64,000 nt of DNA, taken from Octopus vulgaris (lineage: Eukaryota). The notes beneath the pieces are model-generated. The model made no database searches. It was not told the origin of the DNA and saw nothing but the letters and a program-made list of their open reading frames with translations. Positions 14,460 to 27,779 of the stretch are shown here, one piece after another. The translations under genes were made by a program, and so were the position numbers. Positions within the stretch are counted from its first letter, which is position 1, and the number at the start of each line of letters is the position of its first letter. The stretch spans positions 100,440,001-100,504,000 of the forward strand of contig OX597816.1 in assembly GCA_951406725.2 (NCBI GenBank), written 5' to 3'.

Positions 14460-14849
14460 TCTCTCTCTATATAAAGCTGAAGTTGTCTGTGTGCGGCAGG
14501 TTTCATAGCCTTCAACTAACACTATCTCCTCCGAGACCCTGCGGCACAAGTTGACCAAAATTGAGAGTATGATAGAAGAAGGGTTGCTCTTCCTTCCGTA
14601 GAAGATAAAATTCAAATCGGACCATGTTAACACCAAAAATTATTTACATCAAAAAGGTGCTTTTTTCTATGAAAATCCCTATTTTTTATGATTTTTTCAC
14701 TGCTGTGTCGCCACTTTTCGGTGTATTTCAACCAGAAAAATGTTCACTTGAAGAGAATAACAAGCTACATAATGCAAAAGTTTTACTTTTCAAAAATTCC
14801 AATTCCAGCGGGTCGAAACAAACCCGAGCAACGCCGGGTGATACTGCTA

Positions 14850-14850
<1 letters not shown>
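14460..14850 (+). mobile_element. Non-autonomous Helitron, both ends intact
   Basis: 5' A|TC..., subterminal hairpin CCCG-AGCAACGC-CGGG (14823-14838), 3' CTAG|T. Inserted between A and T with no TSD. Confidence 0.8.
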
Positions 14851-14885
<35 letters not shown>

Positions 14886-14888
<3 letters not shown>

Positions 14889-15016
14889 TTTCATCCTCTC
14901 GGAGTCGATAAATAAAGTACCAGTTTCGCACCGGGGTCGATGTAATTGATTTAATCCTTTTGTCTGTCCTTGTTTGTCCCCTCTATGTTTAGCCTCTTGT
15001 GGGTAGTAAAGAAATA
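14886..15016 (+). mobile_element. 3' half of a family A SINE (young copy)
   Basis: GCCTTTCATCCTCTCGGAGTCGATAAATAAAGTACCAG (Nin/Deu-like domain) with CpGs retained. Confidence 0.85.
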
Positions 15017-17076
15017 TATATATATAATTACCTCCCCTTAGATTTTTTTACTTGTTGAATCATTTATTCATAAATTCTACACACAACATGAAGAAAAAAA
15101 TATTTCTTAAGAGAATATGTAATTAAAATAATTTTAATGTCATGATTAGCGAACGCAAAACCAGTTGACAAACACAATATATATATATATCATTCTGGCC
15201 ATAAGTGAATTTGCAGCTGCATGTTATTCCTAATAATCCTGTTACAAACATTGTTAAAATTACATTTTATTTTATGAATGTAAGTTAGAATATTTACTTA
15301 ATTACATCACAATTCGCTAGTAGCATAATATAGAGTGGTAGGACCAAATACAGTTGTTATAAAATTATTAACAATAGTGATAAGCGTCATGTTAGAGGTG
15401 AGAATAATGCTTGCCCATCCTAGTTGAAGATTTCCTTTTAGATCAGGACTGAACTTCTACCAAGGAAAACTTATCTATGTAAGGGCTTGTTGCTTGTGCT
15501 GCCAAAGTGCACAGCTCTCTGATTTCATTTTTTTTTATGTGTTTATATAATTACAAAAGTGCAGGAACTTCGTAGAACATTCTATGACATGGGATACTAT
15601 TTCTACCAGTTGATTGGCCAGTAATCAGAGTGCATCACTTGACTCAAGTATTGTCTGGACTTATTTATCACAAATGTAATGTTTCAATTCTACCCAATTC
15701 ATTTTTCTAGTAAGTAGCACCTAATAACACTGAATAAATCTGTTCATCAAGGTAAAAATTCGTTTTTATTACTGATTTATTTTTAAAGAAAAATGTTTAT
15801 AATGTAAAAAAGATAATTTAATAAAAGTAAATAAGAAAATGGAGAAAAAAAAAGGAAATCAATTGATAGATTTTCAAGTTGGACATGCATGGGGAAACTG
15901 GATTTAACCCTCTTAAATGTTCCAAGATACTCCAAGCACTCACATCACTACCAAAAGTGGTTTCAATGCTAAGGAGCTTGAACAATCTGGTTCCCTCCTG
16001 AGCATCAACCAAAACTTCAATTAGGCATTTAGTAATGAAGTCAGAATCTTCATTGTCTACAGTTCAACACTTCATCCTGTTGTCACAAGCCAAAGGTTAA
16101 AGACGTAATTTACCTACAGGTTATAATATTTCTGTGCCTTGTTTTGTTCAACTGTGGATGTAGTTGAACTCATAGTAAATTCAATTATTATTTTATCAAC
16201 TTACTAACTGTTCTGAGTTATTCCATACCATATAGTGAAATTCTACAAATCCTAACTGGCTATGAATAATCTTGTTAAGTATTTATCTTATATTTCAAAA
16301 TATCTTTTTCCTTTTATTTTAGATCATTCATAACACCAAAGGACTTTCGTTAATTTCTGCTATCATTCAGAGTTATATCTACTGAATTTATTGGCCTAAA
16401 TTCAGTTTTTGAAATGGAAAACTATTTCCATATAAATAAAGTAATAATGTACAGCTCTCGTATCACAGTCATAAACCTTATTGTATTACTTTTTATATTT
16501 CTCTCTTCTTTGCAATACTTTTTCTTTCTCCCTGTTCTTTAAATTAATCATGAATATTTATTAGTTTTTAATGAAACAAACCTTGAAAGTCTTAAAAATG
16601 ATAATATATATGACTTATTCCCACATTTTACTTAATGCTTCCTGTTTTGCATTGATCTAGTGGTTGGTATTCTGTGCAAATTCTGGATGTCATGATTTGA
16701 AAAGACTACATGAGTTACAGTTAGTTTAAAGACTATAGTGACAGAAAAGTCGTTCAGCATTATCTTCTGCATAATTATATCACATATCATTTTATTTAAT
16801 GTTGTTTTCATTCAGTTAGGCTATATATAAAGGAAAAGGACTATTTGGTATATGAGTAATAACATCAATAAAAAAATATTGTAGCTGATATTAATTTGAA
16901 GTTCAAACCCAACCAAGTCCAACTAACCCAGTTACTCTTCTGTTGTTTAAACAACATATAATCTAAATCCCAGTGGGATAAAATATGACTGAGTAACAGT
17001 GTCTGCTCCTACTCAAGATACAAGCTAATGAAAATAGAAGTAACAAGCATCCCTAGTACCAATTCAAATGCTTCAT

Positions 17077-17078
<2 letters not shown>

Positions 17079-17151
<73 letters not shown>
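17079..17151. repeat. (CT)n microsatellite
   Basis: Read directly from the sequence. Confidence 0.99.
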
Positions 17152-17153
<2 letters not shown>

Positions 17154-17818
17154 GTGTAAAGACACCAACAATACTGATTTCTTTGTAAGATATTAGGCAA
17201 ATAGCTCACAGAGAAGCTATATAGTGCCTGCAGGCTGATGAATTGTCGTTCTGCCATTGATTCTTTCAGTGTTAGTAATGGTTGGAGAAAATTGTAACAA
17301 AAATAGACAAAAATTAAACTAAATAAATGATAGAATTTAGTGAATGTTATAGGTCTCAAAAACTTGTGCTAACTTTAAGCATGACTAATGACCATGGTAA
17401 GATAGTATGTTTGTACTCAGATGAAAATAATGATACTAATTTGCTATATTCATGAGAATAGATAGAAATAAAGCAAAACAAAAATATATTACCCCCAAGT
17501 GGCTCATTAAACATCAAAGGGAAAAAGATGCTATCAAAAGACCATTGCCTCTAAACACTAATAATTAGCCCTAGTCAACTTTATGTAATAGAACTTTGAA
17601 TTTTGAATTGGCGTCCATTGTTATTTTACTTTTATACTATTGCATGATGGTACTGATTAGTTCAGTGTTATTAGATTCCTGTGCTAAATAGATAGCCAAA
17701 ACATTATTCCAGCAAACTGATTAAAAAGAGCTGTGCTTTCTTTTAAATATATATTTGCATGGGCTAGCTGGTTCTATAAATTCTTGAACTCCATTTTACC
17801 ATCTTTTTAATGCTAACT

Positions 17819-17899
17819 TCTCACCCATGAAGCCAATATAATATCTAGTTCCTCTATCTATGGTGGAACTAGATATTATATTTGGCTTCATGGTTGAGA
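17819..17899. repeat. ~80-bp near-perfect palindrome/hairpin
   Basis: TCTCACCCATGAAGCCAATATAATATCTAGTTCC pairs with GGAACTAGATATTATATTTGGCTTCATGGTTGAGA (1 mismatch, 1 bulge). Confidence 0.95.
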
Positions 17900-18118
17900 T
17901 GACTGAGGAGTGTAGAAATGTGCAGTTTGCTTTGCACATGTCACAGTGGATCTACAAGAATATGAAGCCATGTCATTGATTGTTCAGCAACAAATCTACT
18001 ATTAACTTACATTCATATGTGTGTGTATATGTGGTTAATGTAAACAGAATTTGGATTCAGACATGAATTATTCCTTTTAACATCCTACTCTGAGTATTAA
18101 TATTTTAACTTCTATTTA

Positions 18119-18335
18119 AGAGTAGTGGATTGGCAGAATTGATGAAGCATTGGACAAAATACCTTACAAAATTTCTTTCAGCATTTTATGATGTCAGTTC
18201 CAGTCCCACCAAAGACAACTTTACCTGGTATTCTTTCAGTGTCAATAAACTAAAGCACCTGTCAAATACTGGGATCCATTTAGTCAGTTTACCTCACCTC
18301 CAAATTTGTGGTTTTGTTCCTTTATTTAAAACTAT
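18119..18335 (+). mobile_element. Family A SINE (old)
   Basis: Colinear with 5851-6065. Confidence 0.75.
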
Positions 18336-18456
18336 TATTTTCACTTCTAATATATCTTTGTTAGCAAACATCAATATAATATTGAAATAATTTTCAATAA
18401 ATCCTTTGAAAAATACCACTCAAAAGAAATTTTTAGAACTATTATTCTTACTACAA

Positions 18457-18668
18457 AAGCAGTGGGCTGATAGAATAGTTTGTACAAGAAACAAAATGCT
18501 TAGTGGCATTTTGACTTTATATTCTGAGTTCAAATGCCACTATAATTGACTTCACCTTTCATCCTTTAGAGGTCAATCAAATATAGTACCAGTTTAGCAC
18601 TTGGATTGATGTGCTTGATCCATCTGCTCTGTCTTAAATTGCTGGCTTTGAGCCAAAATTTGAAATCA
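18457..18668 (+). mobile_element. Family A SINE
   Basis: TTCTGAGTTCAAATGCC...CACCTTTCATCCTTTAGAGGTCAATC...CCAAAATTTGAAA. Confidence 0.85.
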
Positions 18669-18869
18669 TTCTTTTTTAGAAAGTACAAATTAATTTTTTA
18701 ATACTTAGTATAGTTTGTGAGGTCTCTCTACTTATGTCTATTATTTTATCTAGTACTCAGCTATTATTTAAGTTGATTATTTTCTTGTTTTTCCATTTTG
18801 ATTTAGCATTTATCACCCATATGGATACATAGCTGCTGCTTTAGAGCTGTTACAGCTTGGCACTAGTCA

Positions 18870-19100
18870 TTACCTTTGTTTCTGCAAGAATGCAAAGGCC
18901 TAAGCAGATAATGCAAGGCATCTCATCCAATGCTTCCAGTTCCATCAGTTTACTGCCCTGAATTGGTACTTTTTTATTGACTTATGAAAAGATGAAAGTT
19001 GACCTGGACAAATTTGAACACAGAGCACAGAAAGTCAGAATAAATACTACAAAACATTCTTTCAATACTCTAATAATTCTGTCAATCCATTGCCTTGGAT
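18870..19100 (-). mobile_element. Family A SINE fragments, reverse orientation
   Basis: TGGTACTTTTTTATTGAC...GATGAAAGTTGACC...AATTTGAACACAGA is the reverse complement of family A. Confidence 0.7.
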
Positions 19101-20651
19101 GACACTTGCTAACTAGAAGCATACGATTACTGCACATTTAAATGTACCTGTGCCAGAGAAAGGCCAAGGAAAGTATAAATGTGTAATCAGATATTTGGCT
19201 GACAGACCTTACAAGCTGGAAAAGTGAATGCCAATAATATAATGTACCAATTTAATTGACTAACCTTTCCTCACTAATCTATGGTTTTGTGCTTGTATTA
19301 GAAATTATTTTTATTATCATATAGCACCACCATAACTACCATTGCCTTTTTACCTACAGGTTTTAAATTCATAAGTTTTATAACACATGTTGTCTCCAAG
19401 ACAGTATTAGCATTGTTAGTTCACTGGAATTTTCTATTTATAGAATTTTAATGTTTTGTTGTTTTTTATAAAAAGATAATCTCAATAAAATATTAATAGC
19501 TATCTTGAACTGAATGTACTTTTTCTGCTTTTGAATATAAGACATTTTCTAACCAGCTGACTTACTTCAGCTGTAGTTACTTTAGGTGTAATGATGCAAA
19601 AACTCTTGCCACATTTACTTCACTTAAAGTAGAATCCTTTCAATAAGAAAAAATTCAAATCTATCTTCGGTTTCATTTTATTGTTTTTCTTGCTGCCATG
19701 GTTGTTAGTTTGTCATATATTGCAATTGAGACTATAGCATGTAATTACACCAAAAAGTAAGAAACCTGGAAAATTTGGTGTTTGGGGTTGGGACTATCAA
19801 TGATGGTAAAGCAATGCAGCTATATTAAAAACAATTAGAAAATGTGATAAGGGTGTGAATGAGGTTAGAATATGAAAGTGTGTATGTTATGACACATTAG
19901 CAGAGAATGGATTTAGAAGAAATAGTGGAAAAGAAAATAGTGGAAATGCTTAGAAAGAATGAGTGAAAAAATGCTCACAAGCTAAGCAAACTGATATTGC
20001 AGAATTTAGTTCACCAATTTTATAGGAATATTTATTTTATTTTCAGTCAACTTAGCTTGTTACTTCTATTATAATCTTTGCTATCACAGTTGTCACCAAG
20101 TTGATTTTTCAGAGTTTTCAGTCTTGATTTACTGCTTGATTAGATTAATGTTTGTCAGAAAGGTGTCTTTTTTTTCACATAGAGCTGTTGCATAATTGTT
20201 AATTTCCTGCTGCAGGTGGTATATTCCTGCTTTGGCACTCCATTACTGCTGCTTGTGCACTGTAGTAGAATAAAATACTCTTGTTACTTCTGGTCCTTCC
20301 TTTCTCAGATATCTTTCCATACATTTATGAATAACTTTTAACATAGATATACTGTCAATCATTCCATACTTGAGCAGATTCCAAACTACAAGTTTATCTC
20401 TTTACGCCTATCAGCAATATATGCATGTGGCTACATAAACACTATACAAATAATGATTTATTCTTTCAAGCATATAGATTTCTTAAAATACATTGCTTAT
20501 TATGGGACAGTTTCATCTCGTTCTGAAGATAACATTGTTTCTTCCTTTACAAAATAAATATATAGCTATTGTTTATCTATCTAATGGAAAATGTTGCTAA
20601 TAACCCATTAATCTACACTGTATTTTAGAAGATTGAAAGAGTTAAGTATAG

Positions 20652-21340
20652 TTGATATTTGAATGGCTGACTTTCAATAGGTGAGGAAAATATATTCTTT
20701 GAAAATACAATTTTAAAATAGAATATTCCTTTCTTGTACATCATCATCATCAATATGTGGATTTTTAAAATTGTTGCATTAAAAAATATCAAATATTTTT
20801 TATGTTTTCTTTTCTATTCTGTTGTATATTTTATGACCATGAATCAGAATAACACCCCATGGTAATTTACTGATTTTGACACACATTACAAACTAAATGA
20901 CTAATAAAATATGATCTCTATTTTTACTAATATAGGAATTTCTTGAAAAATTATTTGGTCACTCGTTCAACCTTAAGCCTCAAGACAAACAATATTCTTG
21001 TTTATGCCCTGTCATGCTATGATGATGAAACCTTTGGGTTTTTGTTTTGTAATTTGTGAATACAAAGCAGACATATTTACAGACAATTTGCACATGTATG
21101 TGCACACACACACATATGTACGTGTACACACACATGCACACACACACTCACATACACATTGATGTTTGAATGGCTGACTTTTAATAGGTGAAGGAAATAT
21201 ATTCTTTGGAAATACAGTTTCGAAACAGAATATTCTTTTCTGGTTCAATATTAATTTACATGTGGTTATTTCATATTGTTGCATTAAAAAATATGAAATA
21301 TTTTTTGTTTTCTTTTCTATTCCATTGTATATTTTACGAC
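20652..21340 (+). repeat. Diverged direct duplication of ~185 bp (20652-20837 and 21159-21340)
   Basis: Both copies read TTGAATGGCTGACTTT.AATAGGTGA...ATATATTCTTTG...TTGTTGCATTAAAAAATAT...TTGTATATTTTA.GAC. Confidence 0.92.
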
Positions 21341-21534
21341 TAGCAGAGGTTATATTATATTTTTCCAGTTCATAAGATGTTTAGGTGTTTTCAATCATGG
21401 CTGAAGGAGAGAATTATAGAGAAAGAAAAAAGGGGAGAGACTACATGAGACATATATTTAGAATAGTTCACAAAATGAATTTTAGTGAAAATACATATTG
21501 AACAATTCTCATATAATAATAATAATAATAATAA

Positions 21535-21960
21535 TGGCTTCAAATTTTGGCACAAGTTCAGCAATTTTGAGGGGATAGAGGCAAGTCAATTACATTAACT
21601 CCAGTACTTGACTGATACTTTTTTATCAAGATGTAAGGCAAAGTTGAATCTGGTGCAATTTGCATTCAGAATGTAAGGAACAGGAAGAAATGCTGCTAAG
21701 CATATTTTTGAATGTGCTGATGGTTCTGTCTGCTTACCACCTAAAGCTAAAGATAATAACAGCTACAAGCACAAAACTTGAAATTCGGGAGTAATTAATT
21801 ACATTAACTCCAGTGCTCAACTGGTACTTATTTTATTGATCCTGAAAGGTAGAAAGGCAAAGTTATCCTCAGTAGCATTTGAACTCAGAATGTAGAACTG
21901 GAAGAAATTCCACTAAGCATTTTGTTTAGTGCTGTAATGATTCTGCCAGCTTACCACTTT
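21535..21960 (-). mobile_element. Two tandem family A SINEs
   Basis: Two reverse-complement copies (about 21535-21745 and 21765-21960), the first next to a (TAA)n tail. Confidence 0.85.
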
Positions 21961-22159
21961 AATATTAATAATATCTCATTTACTTCTTGTGTTCATAGTC
22001 TAACCTTATTCATACTTACATATCCTAAGTTCTGTGGGATTTTCTCAAACTTTTGTAAAAACTGTATTTTTTTTCACCTAACCCTGCTACTTCAGCATTT
22101 CTAATTATTGTGTTTTCATCTATCATTTGAATTAATTCTTCTGTGACTTCATCATTTTC

Positions 22160-22700
22160 TTCACCTGCTCCCTTTTTTCTAGTCCATTTTCAATTTTTAT
22201 TCTAATGTCCTCATTTACAATTTTATTTAGCCATTTATTAGTTCTCGTTGCTCTAGCCTTCTTGACTAACCTTTGTTCAGTGAGCTCAAAAAGGCCTTTT
22301 TCCATGCATAATTACTTTAACTTTTGTCCATAACTACTCCTAGTTGCTTTAAATTTTGTCTGTAACCACTCCTGGTTGGCTCACTTTTAATAAATTACTC
22401 CATGACACTTTTATTGGTGTTTTTCTATATTTCCTCCTATGTTTATTCTGTGAGTAGTTTGATGACCTGCAGAAGTCTGTCCAGCTTCTCCATACCTATC
22501 GTGACCTTCACTGTCATTGATTCCACCCCTATTATTTGTTTCAGTTGTATTCATTATTTTCTCAAGTACTTTGGTTTAATAGTTGTCCCTTCACTTAGTG
22601 ATCTTATTGAGACATCATATGTAGGAAGATTGTTGCACAAGACTCAAGCTCATTTTATCCATGTTTGGTGCCCATCAGCCTAGGTGAAAATATGAATCAG
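22160..22700 (-). mobile_element. R4/Dong-clade non-LTR retrotransposon, N-terminal fragment
   Basis: Minus strand: NKSVME...KSEPTRSGYRQ...EKGLFELTEQRLVKKARATRTNKWL, resembling the conserved N-terminus of R4/Dong/Rex6 ORFs. Confidence 0.65.
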
Positions 22701-23159
22701 TAATATATGAAGAGAATTGTTGTGGTGTAGGTAGCTAAATAGCTGAATGATCTCCCTTGCAATAAAGATTATAGAGTAACCTCCCTTTTCTAAGTTTCTC
22801 AAAGCATCTGTGTCATTAGATGTTATTCTTAATTATTCAAGAAGCTTAGTGTTTCTCTCGAAAGTTTCTAGAATGTCTAGCATTCCCTTAATAAAAATAG
22901 CCTGCTAACCCAGCTCTTTGCTTCTTAGTTGATTAGGCTTCGAACCATTCACGTCATTGCTCTGTCCGCCTATTTCTCTATGCCACATGACTGAAAACCA
23001 CCACTTAGCTGTTATTTCTATGTTTTCTGTTTCTGAACTGTCTTGCATAGATTACTTCATTCAGCTAGATTCTATATTTTGATTCTGTGTATCATCATCA
23101 CCCAGTAAATAAAATATATTTTTATGTAGTAAATATATAGATCTTGAATTCATTCTTCA

Positions 23160-23220
23160 TTGTCCAACCCATGCTAGCATGGAAAGCGGACGCTAAACGA
23201 TGATGATGATGATGATGATC
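23160..23220 (+). mobile_element. Extreme 3' tail of the RTE family
   Basis: GTCCAACCCATGCTAGCATGGAAAGCGGACGCTAAAC(GAT)n. Confidence 0.85.
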
Positions 23221-23224
23221 TCTT

Positions 23225-24300
23225 TATGAACAATATTAATAACATACATGCAGCCACATCAACACCTTGTACTGACTATATATTGTCAATAGAGAATGAA
23301 TGGTGGAACAGGACTTATCAGTGTGTAGAGGATTGTGTTGGTATTGGGAAGGCCAGTTTATTAAGCTATCTAGTAGCAAACAAAAGAAGTTTGCTACAAG
23401 GCTCCTGTCAGAGAAAGTACTAAAAACAAATGACAATGAAGATAAAGACACAATACATGATAAGCATCAAGAGCAAAATAAAAACAAGTCTTTATATGGC
23501 CAATTTTGGCAATCAACACATGAAATAAGAAGGAAGAATTCTTGGGATTGGTTTAGGAAAGGTAATTTGAGAAAAGAAACTGAGAATATCATAGTGGCTG
23601 TTTGGGATCAATCTATGACAAGAAATACCAAGAGAAGACAAGTGTTAGAAGAAAGAATGTCACCTGTCTAGATTACGTGGTATGTATGATGAGATAGTGA
23701 GCTATTTAGTATGTAAATGCCTGGGGCTTGCTCAGAGAAAGTTTAAGAAGTGGGGACATGACAAAGTTACATGAACACCAGCTTGAGAGAATATTTGAAT
23801 TAGACAGTTGAATGTTGTATTTTTTCCATATGAACATAAACATTTAGAGCACAACAAACCTGACATCACAGTTTTTAATAAAATTTTTAAGACATATCTT
23901 CTTATTCACCCATTATGTCAATTCAATACCCAAATAGAAAATAAAGAGAAGTTGACAAATTATAAATTGAAGCATGAAAATGTCATTAAGATGTGGAAAA
24001 TGAAGAAGATAACTATCATATCAGTAGTCATAAGAGCATTAACGACAGTTAAGGACAACATTGCAAAATCAATAGAGAAGCGTGTGAGGTAGCGTTACTG
24101 GGAATAGCTAAAATGTTATGAAGGTACTCAATGATGAGATTATCTAAAAGGAAAGGAAACATCAAAGAGGAGGCTACTTGATATCTAAGGCTACTGTTTA
24201 TAGCCCATTATCAAAACAGAGCAGTGATCAGATTTTGAGAACCATCTTGAGACAAAAAAATGCAGTGGTAGTAGTGGTGGTGGTGAAGAAGCTGAATAAT
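23225..24300 (+). mobile_element. R4/Dong-clade element, C-terminal part (zinc knuckle plus RLE endonuclease)
   Basis: GGTGLIS, KSLYGQFW, SWDWFRKGNLRKETENIIVAVWDQS, HNKPDITVF, ITIISVVIRAL. Ends near a short (TAA)n. Confidence 0.85.
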
Positions 24301-24304
24301 AATA

Positions 24305-25430
24305 AAAAGAATGCTGAATTGAAAGGATCTACGACCAGATTTAATTCAAGGGTATTGGTTACAGAAATTTAGTAGATTACATGGGAGACTGAGTGAACAA
24401 CTTCAGGATTGCCTGAATGGAAGAGTCATACATAATTGGATGACTAGAAGGAGAACAGTACTCTTTATGAAAGAAATAATCAAGGGCAATATAGCTAGTA
24501 ATTACAGACCAATCACTTGCTTACCAATATTGTGAAAGTTGTCAATAGGAATGCTTTCAGAAAGCATTTATGAGCACCTTGACCACCAGAATTTATTTCC
24601 AGAAGAACAGAAAGGTTGCAGGAAGGCTAGAAGAAAGTATTATCTGTTATACATAAACAAAGCAGCTCTAAAAGAAGTGAAATTTAGAGACAAAAATGTA
24701 ATGATAGCATAGCTAGATTATAAGAAAGCCTATGATGTGATGTCATGCTTATGGATAAGTGAATGCTTCAGTATATTCAGTATTGCAGACAACATGAGAG
24801 AGTTAGTTAACTATGGCATGAAGAAATGGAAAGTAGATCTCTACTCAGGTGATACAGCTTTAGGAAAAGTTAATATCAAGAGAGGAATTTTCTGTGAGAC
24901 TTGTCTCCTTTAATATATGTGTTATGTTTAATCCCACTCAGTTTAATAAGGAATCTAGTAAAGTGCAAGAAAGTCGGAAATATAAGATGTTGTAGGATTT
25001 TAACATTCAGGCTGATAGAGTAATAGAAACTGGAAGGCGTGATTTAGTAGTAGTAGTAGACAAAGATAGTAAAACGTGCCAGGTAATTGACTTTACTGTA
25101 CCAAATGGCGAGAAAGTCAATATGAGAGATATAGATAAAATAGCAAAGCACTAGGACCTCGCGATTGAGTTAGAGAGGCTATGGAAGTGTGGGTAAAATG
25201 TATCCCTGTAGTCATAGGTGCTTAACAAACTATTCCTAAAGATTCAAACAGATGGATAGAGGAAATAGACATAAAACCTAGTTTAGTGTAGCTCCAGAAA
25301 ACAGTATCATTAGGAACAGCTAGGATACTTAGGAAGGGTCTTGGCATGTAAGGTTAACTGTTGTAACATGATGTTAGGAATTTTTTCCAACAGTCCAATC
25401 TGTTGTGTGTAAATGAAATAATAATGAGCT
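24305..25430 (+). mobile_element. Second R4/Dong-clade copy, internally deleted (RT part fused to RLE)
   Basis: SNYRPITCLPIL, FPEEQKGCRK, LDYKKAYD, VNIKRGIF, LSPLIYVLCLIPL, then a jump to DFNIQADRVIE..RRDLVVV, VIDFTVP, IPVVIGA, LQKTVSLGTARILRK. Confidence 0.88.
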
Positions 25431-25762
25431 TATTTGGTGCTTAGGTGTGCTACATTTCAGTGGAAAATGATAAAAGAAGGGGACAAAAATCAACACTAAG
25501 TCAAGTAAAGAAAAACAGCAATTATAGCCAAATGTGTATGCACAATACACAGGATAAAACTGAAGATAGAAAAATGAGCCATGAACAAGCCATAATGAGG
25601 AAAGCATGCATAGGCACTTCAAGAGTATTGTTGGTGAATTTTAGAATGTATAGAAGGATACAGTATCCTGACAGTATTCTGAGCTTAAACAAGTGTTTTC
25701 AAAAGTCAGGTGTGTTGCACTATTTTTTTGATTTTATGTGTGTCCATAGGTGGTAGAGATAT

Positions 25763-25980
25763 TAGTTTCAAACTGTGACACAAGGCCAGAAAGTCTAGAG
25801 GGAGTGGGTAAGTCAGTTACATCAATCCCAGTACCTAACTGATACCTATTTTACCAACCCCAAAAGAATGAAAGGCAAAAGTTGATCTCAGCAGAATTTG
25901 AACTCAGAATATAGAGACAGATGAAGTGTCATTAAGCATTTTGCCCAGCATGCCAATGATTCTATCTACTCACTACCTTA
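25763..25980 (-). mobile_element. Family A SINE
   Basis: Full-length reverse-complement copy (GAATGAAAGGCAAA...GAATTTGAACTCAGAA...CACTACCTT). Confidence 0.85.
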
Positions 25981-27779
25981 TAGGTGTTTTAGATATTGAA
26001 CTTAAAAAAAGATGGCCTAAGATATTGAAAAGATGGTGGATAAGAAATTATTAAAATTCATATTTGTAAGTATGTAGTTTAAAATTCATTGAGATATGGT
26101 TTATGAGATATTTTTGTTATGTTATTTTAAATGTTAACTTTGGGGTTGTTATCTTAAATGAATTTACTGATGGCCAGGGAACTCAGTACTAAAAGTAGTG
26201 TCATATTGTGGAACCAAGTTTTGCCTAACATATTATTCAACCAAATGAATGGACCATTAGGTAAAATCAAAAGTTCAAATTGCAACTAATGTTATTTTAG
26301 TGAATTTTAATACATGTATTTTTGTATGTGGTAAATAAACAATCAGAATATTTTATAATGTTAATATGCCATGCTACTAACACTATCTAATAATAAGTTT
26401 TTTTGTGCAATGGTAGATAATAAACTAATAAATATTTAAAATATACTCTTATTATACTAGATAGCTATTACATATGTAAAATAGTGACTCACATATGCAA
26501 AATATAGCACACATCAACTTAAGCTTAATTTCCGATTTCACTAAATTTTAAATGGGATTCAATTCGTAATACTTTAAGTGTATCATAAGACAGATTTGAA
26601 TGTTTATTGTCTCTCTTATATAGCATTAATGCAAATAAATACATTTAACTGAATTCTCTGAATAAGTCTGATTTAAAGCCTGAGGAAAGGAAAAGTTCAA
26701 GAATATTAACCAAAAATTTCTAATTTCCAATTATTTAACTTTATTGACACTAGTCTACAATGAAAATGGTAATGCAAATGTAACATAAAACTATCATTGT
26801 TGAGGATAAATTTGTTGATTACTTTTAGTTCCTAGTAAAATGGAGAATGTAAAATTTTATGGGTACATGTAATAGTGAGATTAATGTAAAAAGAATGAGA
26901 ATTGATTTCAAGAACTTAAGAAGAGCAGCTTTGCAATCTTCTGATTTAATACAAGCTTGTTTCTACTGTTTTCTCTCTCCATCTTTCAGTTTAGTTAATA
27001 CATTTATATGCCATTCATTCAATGTTACCCAAATATTTTTAATATGCATCCTTGAATGTGACAACTGAACATTTGCAATTCAATCTGAAAACAAAAGTAT
27101 TTTAAACAAATGGAGACTATATATAGTCACACAAGAATGAACACAAGCATTTTTCTCTGAATTACTTGTATGTAATTAAATGTGGGAATGATGATTCTGG
27201 TGTATATTTTGATAGAAATTCTTATGTCATTCAGGTAGATGTCCAGAGGATTAATATGGTTATTAAAAATTTTCTGGAACAGTGCTACTATATAATCTGA
27301 ATCAATATTTGCTTATAATAAGATTAATATCAGTGCTGCAATATATCTGCATTGTTTAGTAACTCAGTAGCTTACTACATTAATTGCTAACTAATATTGG
27401 AAATGGTGCAAAAGTATTGTTTTTAGTATTGGAATATCATCCCTGTCTATAACTTAAAGATAACATTACTTTGTCTTTTACAAAATTATGCTTAGATTCC
27501 CTACATATATTACATGCATCATCTCAATTTTATTCCAGTATTGATTGCAACTGTCCAACGAATGGAAATGTGAAACTCTGAGTAACAGCTTTGTGATGTT
27601 TTTGCAGTTTTAATTTTTAAAAAAAGCACACACACTCTACATCATACATGCACATATATAGGTTTAATGAAACTGAAAATGTGGCTCAAATTTTATGCAA
27701 CTGTGATCATAAAACGCTTTAGTCTCTTGCAAAAGTGTTTAAACCATAATTTGAATCTATTCTTATCTATGACTATAAG

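Noticed and set aside
17903-17930. CTGAGGA...GAAA hammerhead-like spacing next to the palindrome
   Set aside because: Only 5 nt lie between the boxes and no stem II can form; likely chance.
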